IMG/VR virus record: IMGVR_UViG_3300017704_000275
Span: 1-24,758 of that record
Source: a virus
Lineage: Duplodnaviria > Caudoviricetes
Length of the DNA stretch: 24,758 nucleotides
Reading direction: 5' to 3' (one strand)
The translations under genes and the position numbers were made by a program. Numbering within the stretch: position 1 is the stretch's first letter; each line of letters begins with the position of its first letter. This document shows, piece after piece, positions 23,321 through 24,758 of the stretch. A model generated the notes under the pieces. That model did no database searches, was not told where the DNA came from, and saw only the letters and a list, made by a program, of their open reading frames with translations.

Positions 23321-23642
23321 ACTCTTCTCCAATTAATTTCTTTAATTCTTCATCATTATCTGCTTCTTCTTTAAGAAAAATAACAGCAGCAACAGCATAA
23401 GAACCTATCTTAGTTTTACCGCCCGGGATTTTTTCCATAAGCCGTTTCAAGTTAAAAATGAATCTTATTAAAATACTATAAGAAGCTTTTTCTTTACTTG
23501 TTTTCAGGTCTTTAGCTTTTCTTAATACTTTACCATTTTCATCAATAATACCAAACTCATAAGCCTCTTGTTTGTTCCAAGGCTTTGTGAGTGTCGTAAT
23601 AATTCTATATGTTGTATATGTGTCTACTAATAAATTAGACAT
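23304..23642 (-). CDS. Hypothetical protein of a kind seen in T4-like phages
   Basis: D...TYR....LTKPW....AY..GIIDENG..L, R..FNLKRL..K.PGG....SYA.A..FLKE. Confidence 0.75.
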   Translation of the reverse strand: MSNLLVDTYTTYRIITTLTKPWNKQEAYEFGIIDENGKVLRKAKDLKTSKEKASYSILIRFIFNLKRLMEKIPGGKTKIGSYAVAAVIFLKEEADNDEELKKLIGEEYEKEK

Positions 23643-24011
23643 CTATTCCATACCTCTTAATTTTGCTATAATATTTTCATCCAGACTTATTTCAGTATAT
23701 TCATCAAGAGGAATTCTATTTAAATATACTAAAAAAGTCTTTAGTATTGGATGAAATTCTTCTTCTACTTTGTAAAATAATATCCTAGTAGCTGCTTTAC
23801 TTTCAAATACATTATAAAAAGTAACAAGATGATTAATAATCAATCTTTCTTTTAATACTTTTTCCTCACTATATCTTTTGAATAGTCTGCGAATATAATG
23901 AAGTCTTTTAATATCTTCAAAAAACTCTGAAATGTCTTTACAATATGTATTATCATAATGAAGTAAAGCAAACATCATATAATTACCATTTGTCAATTCA
24001 CTAAAATTCAT
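23643..24011 (-). CDS. Hypothetical protein of a kind seen in T4-like phages
   Basis: F.ELT..N..MFA..HYDN..C....EF.ED.KR..YI.RLF, LKERLIINH....YNVF, LKTFL.YL. Confidence 0.78.
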   Translation of the reverse strand: MNFSELTNGNYMMFALLHYDNTYCKDISEFFEDIKRLHYIRRLFKRYSEEKVLKERLIINHLVTFYNVFESKAATRILFYKVEEEFHPILKTFLVYLNRIPLDEYTEISLDENIIAKLRGME

Positions 24012-24018
24012 ATAACCT

Positions 24019-24447
24019 CTATTCAGGATGTAATTTTAAAAACCTCTTCTCATACCATTCTTTATGTGTTTTATACTTAAACATAAACATACTAGTTTTA
24101 TCCACGCCGCGCCATTCTTTATCACTTACATATTTCCAATATGTCCATCTTTTAATAACATAATAAACATAATTATTACCAGGTAACAACCAATGATCAC
24201 CTTTATCTGTTATCATAAAAATACAATTTTCTTTACAAGCATATGCTTCTATTAAAGAATATGTAATAATAACATCAACTAAATTATCACGATTTGTGTC
24301 TATATAAAATGATACCGTCCTTGGAACTTCTTCAGGTATCCAATTAATTATTTCATTTACTTCTGGAACCTGTGGTTCTATAACATGCTCTTCAGCGTGC
24401 GCAATGTTAATCCATAAAAAACATAATATAGTAAAAATTATTTTCAT
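24019..24447 (-). CDS. Secreted hypothetical protein
   Basis: Signal peptide MKIIFTILCFLWINIAHA; DTNRDNLVD resembles a Dx[DN]xD calcium-binding loop. Confidence 0.7.
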   Translation of the reverse strand: MKIIFTILCFLWINIAHAEEHVIEPQVPEVNEIINWIPEEVPRTVSFYIDTNRDNLVDVIITYSLIEAYACKENCIFMITDKGDHWLLPGNNYVYYVIKRWTYWKYVSDKEWRGVDKTSMFMFKYKTHKEWYEKRFLKLHPE

Positions 24448-24484
24448 TGCGTAACCTTTTTTTGTTATTAACCCCCTACAACTT

Positions 24485-24757
24485 CTATGCTACTACTGTA
24501 ATTGTACCTGCCGCTGTTGCTTGAGCTGAACTGATAGCTACGCTAGCATCAGAAGCCGTGCCAGTTGCATCCTTACACGATGTTGCACCAGCTTTTACCA
24601 AATCTCCAGCTGGAAGTGATATTACATCATTTTCAGAAGTACCACCACCTGCAACTGTTCCACCATTCAATGCTATTGCGTTTGCACCAACAGAAAGAAC
24701 ATCATCAGCGTCTGTAGCCGCATCAGCAGCACCAATTACTAAAGTAAAAGTCAAACG
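24485..24757 (-). CDS. C-terminal part of an Ala/Gly/Thr-rich, probably virion structural protein; 5'-truncated by the window edge
   Basis: Frame open to the right edge; composition and motif (ANAIALNGGTV) resemble phage fibre/decoration proteins. Confidence 0.55.
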   Translation of the reverse strand, partial: RLTFTLVIGAADAATDADDVLSVGANAIALNGGTVAGGGTSENDVISLPAGDLVKAGATSCKDATGTASDASVAISSAQATAAGTITVVA

Positions 24758-24758
24758 A

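Noticed and set aside
2813-23754. Plus-strand ORFs from the track (e.g. 2813-3010, 3429-3719, 5572-5859, 7252-7569, 8978-9337, 14253-14651, 22656-22940) and nested minus-strand ORFs 1086-1274 and 22319-22573
   Set aside because: They are shadows of well-supported minus-strand genes, with no recognisable motifs or convincing ribosome-binding sites.
1-24758. Genome-wide amber (TAG) reassignment
   Set aside because: Conserved genes are full length in the standard code, several end properly at TAG (e.g. gp33, the exonuclease), and no suppressor tRNA is seen.

Overview
This is an AT-rich, gene-dense segment of a large T4-like (myovirus-type) dsDNA phage genome, probably infecting a Gram-negative host. 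Almost all genes are on the minus strand. T4-like core and replication genes: gp32 SSB, gp33 late co-activator, RNase H, gp61 primase, a PD-(D/E)XK exonuclease, a resolvase-like nuclease, and a lysozyme-domain gene cut by the left edge. Nucleotide-supply genes: class II RNR NrdJ, ThyX, dCMP deaminase, dNMP kinase and a divergent PurS. Host-like accessory genes: ClpP, DegP/HtrA, SprT-like protease, SbmA/BacA transporter, aldehyde dehydrogenase, lysine-6-dehydrogenase/saccharopine-dehydrogenase-family enzyme and a GAPDH with NADP-type residues. The main feature missing from the ORF track is a complete circularly permuted (two-piece) tmRNA gene at about 3122-3423 (-), with a G3:U70 acceptor stem, PK1, tag ANQYDYAIAA* and a structured 74-nt intervening segment, about 1 kb from a phage clpP. 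Also found: tRNA-Thr(UGU), four near-identical sigma70-like promoters, five copies of a 25-bp imperfect palindrome upstream of two of them, an Rz/Rz1-like overlapping gene pair, and two small genes absent from the ORF track. One of these is in frame behind the nrdJ amber stop and has no canonical start. All family calls come from motif recognition by eye; no database searches were run.
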